NCBI RefSeq assembly: GCF_018977255.1
Contig: NW_024704749.1
Span: 17,980,001-18,044,000 of the forward strand
DNA from: Callorhinchus milii
Taxonomy: Eukaryota
Length of the DNA stretch: 64,000 nucleotides
Direction: 5' to 3'
The position numbers and the translations under genes are program-made. Below, piece by piece: positions 12,388-42,493 of this stretch. Below the pieces are notes generated by a model, which was not told where the DNA came from, searched no databases, and was given only the letters and a program-made list of their open reading frames with translations. The stretch's first letter is position 1. The number at the start of each line of letters is the position of its first letter.

Positions 12388-12660
12388 GGAGTCCTGTAGC
12401 TTATTGGTTAGAGTACTCACCTCTCTCAAGAGAGGACTTGGGTTCAATTCCCTGGCGGGGAGAAATGTTAGACAAGTTTCTTTACTCCACGTGTGTCTGT
12501 TTACCGAGCAGTAAGTAGAAACCCAGTTGTTAGTCAACTGGCGGATTGGGTTTTCAGGAGCAATAATCCCCGATTGTTTGTGGGACATTGCTATGTGCAA
12601 TTGGCTGCTGTGTTTCACCCCCAAAATATACCGTCAATTCACTTTACAGTATATTCATGA
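12388..12660 (+). mobile_element. tRNA-derived SINE copy
   Basis: GGAGTCCTGTAGCTTATTGGTTAGAG...GGGTTCAATTCCC head, then the same body as the 526-855 copy. Confidence 0.7.
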
Positions 12661-13477
12661 GAGCTTAATAACATATAGTCTCAAAAAAATTAAGTTAACA
12701 AAATTAGCTATCTGATCTTTAGAAAATATATACCGACTTATAGATCCTTTCCTATCTTTAAGAATTCAAGAATGGCATCTTGTATAATGGTCACTAGAAG
12801 TTTACCCACAACTGAGATAATACTGTATTTGGCCTACAATGTCATTTTATTCTTCTCTTGAGCAGGGATGTAACATTCACTAACTTGGGAAAACAAAAGG
12901 CAAAACCAAAATGTTAACAGATATAACAGATTTAATTCAAGTATTTCAGACCAACATTCAATACAAAAGAGAAGATATGAAAGTAGAACAGGAAGACATG
13001 AAATTCAGAAACAGGTTTCAATGTAACAAAGAGAAAAGCAAAGTAAAGTCCATAAGAATTTTTATTAAAGTATTCTTGTTAGAAAGAGCAAACTAAATAC
13101 TTTCCCTATTGCAAGAGATTCCAACAATGCTGTCCCTTGGACCCACTCCTACTCAAGGGACCATTGTAAGGAGACTGAGCGAAGAGATTTGGACTGGTCC
13201 AAGAAACGATCCAAGCCACATGACTCGGGTAAGTACAGCAAGAAAAAACAGGTGATACTATACAAGCTCTATATTTCTAATCCAGGAAGTAAAAAATCAC
13301 CAACACCTTCCTGAAATTATTCAAAATGCAACAATTTAAGATACCACTGGATCAAAAGCCCAAGTATGCATATAGGAAAAGTATTGTTTTGTAACTTTTC
13401 AGCCCCCATTAAAGAGAACACTGAACACCATTTGGATTTAATTTTCCCAACAGGCTCTAAATTATATACAACACTGC

Positions 13478-16350
<2,873 letters not shown>

Positions 16351-17103
16351 ACTGGAAGGTTTGTCTGCCCGGTGATGTCTAAACTCAATGCCGTTACTCA
16401 CAACCACCTTCGCTGGGCTGCGGCGGCTCAACTGACTTTCGACTGTTGGCGGGGCAGATTATATAGCCACATGTCGTCCCCGCCCACTTTACACGTCTCG
16501 CTGTCCCATTGGTCCGTTTGGGGCTCGCTCGCCTTCCATTGGTTGGCCGGTAATGGGCGACATGCGCAGTGGAGGTTTGCCCACGTGCTGCCTCGCCTGC
16601 CGGCCGTCGTGTTAAAGGGGAACAACAACGTCAGGACTGTGTGATTTGGGCCAAACTTTTATTATTAGGAGCGTTTGTTTTGAGGCCATTTATCATTGTT
16701 ATTTGCTTCCCCTCTCGGAAGGCACCGCCTCTCAGGGTCTCCCTGGGAGAAAAGCAATGGTTTTAAGCATAAGTTTGTAAAAAGGGTATTAGATAAACAT
16801 ATGAAAATGGAAAAATGTAAAGGGGGGGAATGTGGGGAAAGGTGGAGTGTCAATTAAAAGCTCTTCCAGAGAGCCACCACAGGCACACAGGACAAAAACG
16901 ACCTTCCGTGCTGTAAAATGCTATGTTTCTAGACAATCGGTGTTCATTTTAAACTTGGAATAAAATACTCCAATTAGGTGCTGATGAAATCATTTAAATT
17001 TATTCTCTTTAAAAAGTAGCATTCAATATGAAAACAAGAAAGTGTGGAATGGGAATTTAATAATGCACATCTGAAGCTCCGAATATAGTGTACACAATAC
17101 ATG

Positions 17104-23517
<6,414 letters not shown>

Positions 23518-23830
23518 GCTGACCGCTCGCTCTGGCTAAGCTACTCTCTCCCACGGAACCAAGCGGCTCGAAACGGCTGGCCGGCGCTCGCACGCTCCTT
23601 ATATACCGACGCGTCATCGCTGGCCTCGGCCCCCACCCGCCCATTGGGCCGCGCCCCTGCCCATCAGCCGCGTCCGGCGGCCCCCATTGGTCCGATTCAA
23701 AGCGGGGCGTTCCGCGATTGGTTTTGAGTCGCCGTTGCCAGGCAACCACCGCCCCTCCCCCCGCCCCGCCCCCGCGTCACCATTGTTGGGCGTCTGTGGG
23801 CGCTTCCGCTGTCCAGGCACATGGCTGCCC
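23518..23830 (-). promoter_or_regulatory. CpG-island promoter of tubulin copy B with RFX X-box
   Basis: TATATAA (minus) at ~23599-23605, three CCAAT boxes, CHR-like TTTGAA (minus) at 23696-23701, palindromic X-box GTTGCCAGGCAAC at 23734-23746. Confidence 0.72.
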
Positions 23831-23949
23831 CAGTGTCACAATAGCCTGAGCTCTGAGCTAACAGAGCTTCCCCCCCACCCCCACCACCTCGTCCATGTCA
23901 CAAAGTCACCCAACTCCCTGCCCCCTCGCCCGGCTTCCCAAATAGCAAT

Positions 23950-24553
23950 CATCATCATCATAATAATAATAATAATAACCATAATAATAATCCTCGCGTT
24001 TGACGTAGCGCTTCTCACGTCGGGAGGACGCCCCGAAGCGCCTCGCGGAACGCGCCGCCAAGCGAATCGACTTGCGTACTCGTGGGCGAACGCGGCAGCC
24101 AATTCATCGCGCGCGCACGGCAGCGTCCCCCCGCAGGCAGTCGTGGATTGAAAACGACCAATTTATTATTGTTTTGGGGTTTTTTTTTTGGAGGGATTAT
24201 TATTGTTATTATTGCTTCCTCCCTTTCCTCCTTCAAGGCCGGTCTCAAAACCTTTCTCTTTGACCGTGCCTTCAGCTCCCCTCTCGACTCTCTTCCCCCT
24301 CCTCGCTCCCTCCCATCCCTCCCCTCACCCTGACCATTTCCCCCCTGCTCGGGTCATGATCCAACTGTGCAGCGCCTTGGGACGTCCTCCTGACGTGAAA
24401 GGCGCTTTATAAATGGAGTCTTGTTGTTGTTGTTGTTAGGCGCTGTGTGGGTGGAGTAAGGAAACTTGCCCAAGGTTTCGCCCTCTGCCTGGGATTGAAC
24501 TCAGGTCTCTCGCTTGCAAAGCGAGTGCTCTAACCACTGAGCTACAGGACTCC
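23950..24553 (-). mobile_element. tRNA-derived SINE interrupted by an L2 3' fragment (~24213-24436)
   Basis: Head 24437-24553 and tail 23950-24210 match the intact 526-855 copy; the intervening piece is a plus-strand L2 3' end ending (TTG)n. Confidence 0.65.
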
Positions 24554-26592
24554 CAATGTCACAACAGAACGCTTAAAAACACTTAAGCCAAACTGCTTGA
24601 AACATTTCAGGTGAATTGATTGATCTGTCTGCCTGATATAATAAAGAGCGGCCAAAGAAATCCCCCCCCCCCACCCCCACACCGCTGCCTCCGCCGCTTA
24701 CGCGCAGCAATTGAGGGGAGAAGGGAGTAGAAGGGAGTTGAGGGAGTGATGGAGGCTCCCGTGGAGTGTCAGCCCAATCCTGTTTCCGAGGGAGTTGGAG
24801 CGACGAGCTGTTTCCGCGCTGCTGTGCAGCCCAATTAAGAGCAAAACAAATCGTAACTGAAGCGCACTCACGGTGCTCACAGCCCTCTAAGTGCGAATGG
24901 TAACATGTGCCGTAAAGGTTGAGAAGGGGCGGTAATTTCTGAAGCAGGAATGACTTCAACTCGAACGGTTGTTTGGGTTTGGAATTCATTGCCGCAAGGG
25001 GGCTGTGCCAATAGAATCACTGAAAGGAGAACTGGGTAGTAAATCTATTTGGGGATCTGGAAAATTGAATTAATAAGAGAGTGATTTAGTAATACAGGTA
25101 GTAGTGACGCAGTATCAGTAGACCAAGTGACCTAGTTATTCGATGAAAATATCTATATTTCTCTGGAATAGTGAGACATGAAATACCTACGTATCTATCA
25201 CTGGAGATAATCCATAACATTCTCCCGATGTTGATGCTCATCATGTTGGTTATTCCCAACAATTAAGCATAATTCTGATGAGGCAATAATTGAACATCAA
25301 GTATATCAGAAAAAAGTATATCAAGAAAAAAAAGGATAATTTGGTCACTCATCCACGACTGTTTGTGGGACGCTGCTGTGCGCAATTGGCTGCCGCATTT
25401 CACCCACAAAATATACATTCAATTCACTTTACAGTATATTCTGTGAAGCACTTTGAGATGTCCAGAAGACGTGAAAAGCACGATATCAAATGCAAGCATT
25501 ATTATTATTTATCAGCCTTTCACAAAGCTTGTAACTGTTGAGTATTGATCAGCAATTAGATAAATAACTTAAATCCTGCCATCTCAACATTCCTCTAATG
25601 GCTGGGACCACATTTATTGGTCTAAGCAGTTCGGGTGAATTGATTTTTTTGCCTGATATAAAGAGTGGGCAAAAACATTCCTCTTGCTGCTACACATAGC
25701 GATATTCACAGTGTATGCTAATAGGAATCCTATATCTCCAAATGGAAAAAAGACTCTCTCTGACCCAAGGTACAAGACAATCCTGCTATCATTCTCTCCC
25801 TCTCATGTCCAGTCTTTCCTTCTCCAGCCCATCTTTCTCTTATCTTTATTTAATCATTACCATCATGGTCATTGCTTTTCTGACCTTTGGTTCTCTTGTT
25901 CATCCCAAGTTCCAAATACACTGTCTTGCATGCCCCTCCACCAAATACGTTTAATCACTTGTTTATACGGGAATAAAATAAATAGTAACTACCTCTGTCC
26001 ACAATCTAAGATATCTCTCATCATTTGTACTGTAAAAAAAAGTCTGTGTTTTCAGGGTCAAAGACTGGTCACATCCATTTCACTGGTTGAAGCCAGCTTT
26101 TCTGTTGAATTGATTATTCAGATCATTGGTTTTCTCAAGTGCCCATTCAACATTCCTGCTTGGCTGAATGGAGATTAAAAAGCTTATTACCTGCCAATCC
26201 TGCACCCCTCACGATGATACATATCCAGTGAAGGGCCTGTCCTATACTTTAATGAAGCAGTGTGCTTTGACTGGAATACCCAGAAAGATAGGGGTCCACA
26301 ATGCAGTCACTTTCCGGTTGAAAACAACATTTCTGGATAACCTCTGAATAACTATACTGACAGTTGAGGGAGAAGACAAGTGATTTTGATTGGAAGCAGT
26401 CTTAACAAGTGTCCATATTGATTCCAACCTTATAAGTAAATATTCCCAAATGCTTCTGGTAGGTTTAATCATAGTCAATGCAGCAGTGAAGTATCAAACA
26501 AATGAACAGTGACTAACCGATCAAGTACAGAGAAACCATGACATGTCTTAGTGTAACGATCCAGTCATTCTTAGGTCTGAACAGAATCCTGC

Positions 26593-30658
<4,066 letters not shown>

Positions 30659-32039
30659 ATTGACTCCCTCCAGCTGCCCAGGAGCCTTCCCTTTGCTAGG
30701 ATATGATGGAGGTTTTTTTCTTTTGGGGGGGAGAGGGGGGTTGTAACCACACCGTTACTCCCTTACCTTAAACCCCATCCTGTTAATAACCTGTCACAAT
30801 GTTATGGGGCAAACGATGACGTTACACTGTCCAACTGCTTTTCATCATTTTCAGGAAACTACTCTTGACTGCCTCTTCACAAGCAATTTATCTCTCTCTC
30901 TCTCTCTCTCTCCCCAGAGGTCAAAATGATTTGAGCAATTTTAAAGAAAAAGAATTGCATGCTTCCTTACTGACCTATGCATTGAAATCACTACCTGTCT
31001 CTGTCTGGCACCCTCTCTGGAATGATGCATTCTTCCTTCATCTCATCTCCAAGAGAGATTGGGCGGAGGTTGGTGAGAGCCAAGGCTCGGGGACTTCAGA
31101 GTGCATTGGCAGTACCGCTTTTCAGTTCACCTTTCCAATGCTTGTCCAGCTTAGGCCAACCCTACCCTTTAGGGCTTTGGCTTGCAAGGAGTTGACTTGG
31201 ATACAACCTCTGTGACCTCTTAACCGCATACCAACCGGTCCGCTCCCTCCATTTGGCCTGCTCCATGTCCCCCTGCCTGTCTGCCCCAGTGTCGGCTCAG
31301 TTAATAGTCACCCTGGACAGATTTTGCAATAATAAACCACCTGTTTAATGCAACTCTTGGCCACTCTTTGTTTGCCCTTTGACACCCCGTGCCTTTGCAC
31401 CGACACCCTTTTCAGAGGCCAAGCTTTCCGAGAAACAGTCGGAAAACAGCAAGCGAGCGCCCACCAGAAAACAATTATGGACTTCTCCAGCAAACATAAC
31501 GACTTGTGATTGTAATTTAATTACTTGTAATATTTAAGTAATGCATGACTAATTTAATTTATGGGTTCATATATGCACTGTAGTTTTTTATACACTTAGA
31601 TTTTAGATGACACCTTACCTTGCATTATTCTTCCCACAGGTAACGTAAAGGCAGCCATTTCAGAAAGAAAACACATTGTTGCAGATCTTTACAAGAAATT
31701 TGGTCAATAAAATGGCTCCCGATATATAGGCTAGTCCTTTTCCCCCACCTCTTCCTGGGTGACTAAAGCTTGTCACTGGTGCCTAATGTTAGACTTATGG
31801 GTGGATGTCTCTGCTTTTGACAATAATGCACACATAATGATAAATTAACACATATTGCTCCTCCGGTGATTCAGGCGATGGAAATTTCACTTGAAGGTAT
31901 AAGGTGTGCTTAATTACTTCTTTGATATGTCCTTTTCTTGCATTCTATGCCATTGCTGTATCCATCTGTGCACCCACTAATAATTACAATTTTATGAATA
32001 TCAAGTCCCCCACACCTTACCTCCCAGATCCTCTGTAGA

Positions 32040-32470
32040 ATTCTGAACAGATGACACACAAAATGCATTACCTGTCTCCCCAATTTAAGCAGTCTAGAGC
32101 AATAATGCTGGGTGGGGTGGGGGGGGAGGGGGGGAAGAGAGAAGATAAGCAGATTGGATAGGTAGGGACGTGCGAGGGCATGAAATGATTTGAAAATGAG
32201 TGAGAATATCTTGAAATTGATCCATTCAGCAATCGAGAGCCGGTGGAGCCTGGCAAAGACTGGTTTGATGAGAGGAGTTTTGTGGGGGAGCATCGGGGTA
32301 AGTCTTGGATTCATTGGATTTTGTGAGGTAGGGACACCAGCACGGAGGGCTTTGGAATAGTCCAGCCAGGAAGTGATGAAGGAAGGCACGGGTGAGGGTT
32401 TCTAGTGTTGTACAGATGGGGGCAGCTAATGTGATGATGCACTTGGGTACTAAGGATGTCTTCAAGGATG
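32040..32470 (-). mobile_element. L2 LINE ORF2 C-terminal fragment (degenerate)
   Basis: Translates FITSWLDYSKALRAG...PVFARLHRLSIAEWINFKIFSLIFK...PYLSNLL, matching the L2 motif F(V/I)TSRLDYCN...LHWLP..RI.FK. Confidence 0.75.
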
Positions 32471-33931
32471 TTAATGTAATAAAGTGCCGCTGCGCGAGGC
32501 CACCAGCACATGGGTCAAAGGCAATCTGTGTCAATTAGCTCCGTCGCAGTACACACACCTTCCAGAAACTCCTTCAATCCAAGGTTCTTCAGTGGAAATC
32601 ATTCATGGTGAAAATCAGTAAGTTTAAAGACCTTTAGTCGTGTGACATGTTGATTTGGCTGCAGTTGGTAACTATGCTCTGTAAGGGCAGGTTTTAATCT
32701 GAACAGATGCCATACATGGAAAGGCCACAGCACCTCCAAGGTTGGACAGATGTGGGACTGGAGATAGATAGGGAAATTTTCCTTCATTTATTTTTGAGGG
32801 GGCCAGGGGGAGAGAAAGTGTTAAAAGAATGCCAAGTGACAGCTTGTTAAATCATTTAAGGGACATTTTGCTCTGAGGCCGGCATAACGTACTTGCAATC
32901 AGAGCAATGCCTGGCCTCATCTTCCTAGATTTAAAGAAAAACATAATAATCACTCATGTTACGTGAATGTTGTGTCACTTATTGTTCTTCCATTATGTAA
33001 CTGGGCTGTATGAAGATTGTGTGGTAGAGAAAAATGAAGAATTTTCAAAATGTAAATCGTGCTGAACTGATTTAATGGCCATCCAAGTTTCACAGGAGTC
33101 AACCTCCCTCCATACAAAGGTTTACAGGAGTCTGTTTCTCCGTACAAAGGTTCCAGAATATTGACCATCACATGCAATGCCTCAACTTGTGATCTCTCAT
33201 AAAGTTCAAGATCTTGGTAAAATGCAAATACATTGAGAAATTGAGTTCTGGTCGTAACCTGCAAACCACTGTTTTACTTTCTTGCACAATTGTACCATTA
33301 GGCAAATATACACAGCCAGAGTAGCAGCATTTGCAGGACCAACAAAGTGTTCCAGACCCATAGTTACAGAAATACACTGAACAAAAAAAACCTTAACACT
33401 TCACAGGCTTTCAGTTTGACCATGATCAATATTTGTCCAGAGTTCCAGGATCATTTTGAGAGAACAGGAAGGAAAGACCTGTACGTCTGTACAGCTCCTG
33501 CCTTCCACCCCAATACATTTACATTGGGGAGAGGGGGGGGATAAGAAAGATTTAAAAAGCAATTTTCCACACTAAACATGATTGAGACTTTCAATGAAGG
33601 CAGCTGCTTTGACATTACTTGTGGAATGTTCCAACCAAAATGTAGCACAACCGGCAGATTCCAAAATAAATCAAAAAGGTTAGTGCTAGCCAAACCTCGG
33701 TTCTCACAGAAGGAAATGATTCCGGGAATCTCCAGACAATTTTGCCGCGTGATTTGTGTAAGGGAAGAATCTAGATCTCTCTAGGGAATGCAGCATTCAG
33801 GAAGGGAGCACAGAATACAACAATACAAAAGCAGGAGGAACAAACATGATCAGACAAGTCTTTGTGAAAGGACATGATCAGATAGGTAGGTCTTGACTGA
33901 AACAAAAAGGAATATTTAGCTCTAAAAATAC

Positions 33932-37821
<3,890 letters not shown>

Positions 37822-39169
37822 GATGATTATTATTATTATTGATGATGATGGCGGCGCTCTTTCGTGGGTTTTCTTCTTTTTTTTTTCTTTTTAAAAAGGT
37901 CCTCCTCCTCTGGAACCAGTCCGTCCAAACTGCAGCACCAACCGCCGCGGCGCCGCCTTATATAGCCCCGCGTCACCGGGGCCAGCCCCGCCTCCGGTGG
38001 GGGGGGGGCGTGACGACCCGTCTCCGTTTCTATTGGCCGGGAAGGCCGTCAATCCGAGCCGTCGGGTGGGGGGGGCGGGGAGGGCGCGGCGTCCGCTCCG
38101 CCATTGGTCCGCGTTGGCCGTCGATCCCACCCCCCCCGCCCACGTGGTCGGGTCTGGCGCTCCTCCCATTGGTTCGATTCGATTGTAGCCTGAGGTGGCT
38201 CGTCCAATCGCCGCGGGGCCGCTGGTGGCGAACCAATGCACTTGTGCTTCCAGGGGCTTTGCCTGCACTGTGGAGGGGGGGTCTGTGTGTGTGTCCCCCC
38301 CCCACCCCCTCCCCACCCCCCTCCCCATCTCTCTCCAATCTGGGCTGAGATCCAGTGCAGTCCAGTCTGTGCAGTGCACTCACGTAATGCTGCATTGCTG
38401 AACAATGCAATGTCATGCATTGCGGGTTAACTCCCCCACACCACCACCACACCCCACACACCGACCCCCCCACCCCCCGCGCCGACCCTCCCCGCAACCT
38501 CAGGCAAAGCGAAGCAGACGGCCGCGTCGGGACCCCCACCCCACCCCCCCACCCCGGCGGCGGCGGCGGCGGCGCTCCGGGGCCGGACGGCGTTCGCGGC
38601 GGCTTTCCCGATGAATCGTTGCCGGTCCTTGCGTTTTTTTTTTTTTTTTTGGCGGCGCCTGATCGCCCGGTCGGGACCTGGCCGAGCGCTTGCTTCAGGG
38701 CGAATTGGCTGCGTTATTTTCCGGGGCGGGGCGGGGCGCGACACGGCGGGTGGGCGGGCGGGGCGGGGCAGCCAATTTGCACGGCGGTGCCCCCTCCACC
38801 CCGTCCCGTCCCCCCCCCCCACAAACGGTCGTGGGTTGAGCGACGGCGTTATTTCTTTTTATTTTCTTTTCTTCGGAGGGGTTGTTTTCTTCGGAAGGCG
38901 ATTAGACAATCAGCTTAACACCCAGGTTCCTGCCGGCTGGCGGACAAAACCGAAGCGTGCGGAGTCCGGAAACGCACCCAAGGTTTCGCTCTGCCCCGGG
39001 AATCGAACCCGGGTCCCCTCGCTCGCGAGGTGAGTGCTCTTACCGGTACGCTGCAGGCTTGGTTGCCCACCTGCTGCCTCGATGCAGTCTTTTCCGGCCG
39101 ATACCTTCTCCCTTGATAAACGTAACCTTATAGCATTTGACGTACAGTACAGTACAGTACAGCACGGAG

Positions 39170-39472
39170 TTATATTGATGTGGTGCCGTTCCCGTCGGGA
39201 GGACATCTCGAAGCGCTTCTCACCGAATTTACTGTGAAGTGAATTGACTGTATACTTGCGGGCGCAACGCGGCGGCCAATTGCGCGCAGCAGCGCAGCGT
39301 CCCGCAAACAGCCGTGGATTGAAAATGACTCATTTATTATTATTTTTTTTGGAGGGATTATTATTAGGCGCGTGTGTGGAGTAAGGAAACTTGCCCGAGG
39401 TTTCGTCCTGTCTGGAATTGGACTCGGGTCTCTCGCTGGCAAAGCGAGTGCTCTAACCCCTGAGCTACGGGA
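39170..39472 (-). mobile_element. tRNA-derived SINE copy
   Basis: Same head and body as 526-855; a second partial head at ~38900-39060 and a Deu-SINE head at ~39475-39630. Confidence 0.7.
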
Positions 39473-42280
39473 TCTCACCTGAAGGACGATACCTCTGATA
39501 ATGCAGCATCCTCCACACTGCATTGGAGTGTCACGCTGGACTGAGAGTTCAAAGTACTGACGTTGAACATTAACCCACATCATTCTGATTCACAGATGAG
39601 AGTGCTACCCACTGAGCCAGGCTGACGCCTCAATTCTGGTCCGTTGCTCTGTGAGCCGATCACCCCCATACTCTCTGGCTTCGCCGGCTCCCAATCCCCC
39701 AAGTAAAACACAAACCACATCGCAGCCAGTGAAGCCAGAGGGTACATTGTTGTTTGTGGAACTTCGCTGGGCGTGCAAACTGGCTGCAGCGAAGCCGAGC
39801 ACTGCGCCGGAGCACCAACCTAGACGGTGAACTCAAAAGTTCCTGATATGGCTCGGAGCGACAACCTTCAGACCCAGAGGTCAGAGTGACGCAAACAACA
39901 GGCCGACACCAGTTGGTAAATGTTCCAGAATATTTTACAGTATGTAGTTTATCGAAAGGGTGGAGAGAAAGTCACATTTAGGTCATTTGGGTCATTGCCT
40001 CTCCTGCAATTTTTTTTTTTAACGGCAGTCCTGTAATTATATTCATGGAAAGGGGAGTTCAGGAGATATACTTACGTGCAGTTTCCAGAGGCACTTTAGG
40101 AAATTTTGGAGCATTTTAAGGGGAATTTGATATGCCAGCTGTTTTGAAACTGATTTGGCAACAGGGAAGAAAAGGCCACAACAACAACAAATTACACTTA
40201 CACAGTGCCTTTCACGTCGGGAGGGCATCCCAAGGTGCTGGACAGTCAGGGATTTGGACCCGAGCTGGGGGTTGGGATCAGGAGAGGTGGAGGGGGAGGC
40301 GAAGGCGCGGTCGAAGAGGAGGGTGTTGAGATGGGTCTTGAAAGAGGCAATGGAGGGAGCGAGGCGAAGGGGGATGGAGTTTCAAAGGGGTGGGGGCAGA
40401 ACGGCTGAAGGGCCGACCGCCGCTGGTGGAAGGAGAAGACAGCGACAAACTGACAACTTCAATTGAGAGACGACGGATCCGTGGAATTTTACACAAGTCC
40501 GTACCGTCCCCCTAACCTTGTGCCCGCAGTACAGTGTTAGGAGTTCTTCAAAAGGACTGTGGTAAACCGGCGTCCAGGTTAAAGCTGAATTTTTAAAAAA
40601 ATCTCAAATTCTGTATGTTCTTAAATTTTAAGGCATGAGGCATTACAGGGCTCTGATGTGCACTAATGTACTTACACACCTATACACACGCTCAGCATAG
40701 TCACACGCACGCGCGCGTACAACAACAACAACTTGCATTTATAGAACTAATGTTTCAGACACATACACATGTTCACACATTCAAATAGATACAGTATATA
40801 CATGATGCACACACATCTTATCTATATATATATATATAAACACCCGTACACATGTTAGCCTGACAAATCTGGTGGCGTTTTAATAGCAAATAACACACTC
40901 AGTGGTTAAGGGGAAACACAATTCATTCCACATATTCGTTGCTGCTCTGTGTCAAGTCAAAGTTACCTCTATAAACCTCTCACATGCTTCCTTCATTTGT
41001 GAATAAATTCTCCACTCTCCCCTTGACCTTGGAGCCTATAACTGATTTCAACGGTTAGTTCATCCCGACTGCTTCGAACCATAACAAGCTTACAATACAG
41101 GGAACCATTCGGCCTATTGTGTCTCTGCCGGTGCGAGCTCCCTCACAGGAATTATCTACTGCAATCCTAATCCTTGGCTCTTGTCCCTTAAGTATTATTT
41201 TTCCTTAGGTATTTATATAATTCCCTCTTATGGTCTCCACTTCAGTAGCTAGTTGGAGTTTTAACAACATTCTGTGAAAAAAAATTCTGCCCTCTCCCCT
41301 TTCTCTTACATTGGCTACTACCACTATTCCTGGTAATGTAATAAATAAAATAATAATCCTTGCATTTGATATAGCTCCTTATCACATCATCGAGACATCT
41401 CAAAGCGCTTCGCAGAATATACCGTGAACTGACTGTATATTTTGTGGGTGAAATGCGGCAGCAGCGTCCCACAAGCAGTCGTGGATTGAGTGACCAAATT
41501 ATTTTTTTAAGGGATTATTACCCCCAAAAAGGCGTTCCCCCCCAATCAACTAATAACTGGGTTCCTACTTCCTGCAAGGCAAACAGAGGTGTGCGGAGTA
41601 AGGAAACTTGTCTAATTTTTCGCCCTGCCCGCCCTGCTTTTGATAGACATTTATCCACCTCCTTTACCACATTCCTCTTGCAGGTGTGGTGTTACCGAGT
41701 GCAGATGAGTAACACAAAGAAATGTGTAGGTACAGTTACACAGAGTTTATGTGTAGGTGGAGTAACAGATTGTGCCAAAATTTTGCAGAAACGGTTATTG
41801 ACATTCAACAACAGTTACTTTGTGCTCCAGTAACTCGGAGTAACGGGTAAGGAATGAATACCATAGAGGTGCGGTGTAGATCGTGTGAGCTGCATTAATG
41901 TACTGATACTCAGCGGTATAACACAGTACTTAATACTGCAATCTGCGCAACATTGGGGGCTTCATTGTGTGGCACAGTATTACATCCATTCACCAGTTTA
42001 TAGAAGATTAATTTAGTGAGCGACTGTCTAGGTGCAAAATATTCAGAGCTAGGAATACCCTTGACTACAGAGACACATATTACTCTACAGCAGAGCCATT
42101 TATTGCTTGTGGCGGTTCGCTGGCTGTTTGCAGATGCCGGTGGCTGGAATTTGTGGTTTGAGACGTCTCATCAGTTGCACGGGCTTCGTTCTGCTTTCTT
42201 TAGTTTGGGGTCTTTCTTTTTGGGGCAATGACGAGACCCTGGCAACTTCCTCTTGGATTCTGCGTGACAATAAACCAGTC

Positions 42281-42340
42281 AATAACCTCACAATAAACCA
42301 CTGAATAACCTCACAATAAACAGGTCAATCACCTCACAAT
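42281..42340. repeat. Short ~23-bp tandem repeat (AATAACCTCACAATAAACC..)
   Basis: About three imperfect copies visible. Confidence 0.6.
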
Positions 42341-42493
42341 CACCCCAGCTCGGGTGCCCAGCCAGCATTGTTGAGCTCTTTGAGACATCCTCCCGACGTG
42401 AGAAGCACTTGTGTAAATTGTACAAAACGTGTGTGTAAGTGCATGTGAAAATATGTTCACTCTGGTGCTTTTCAATCTGGTCACGTCAGAGCA

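Noticed and set aside
41684-41846. Plus-strand exon-like segment with good acceptor and donor
   Set aside because: No partner exons or recognisable protein could be identified, so it is unsupported.
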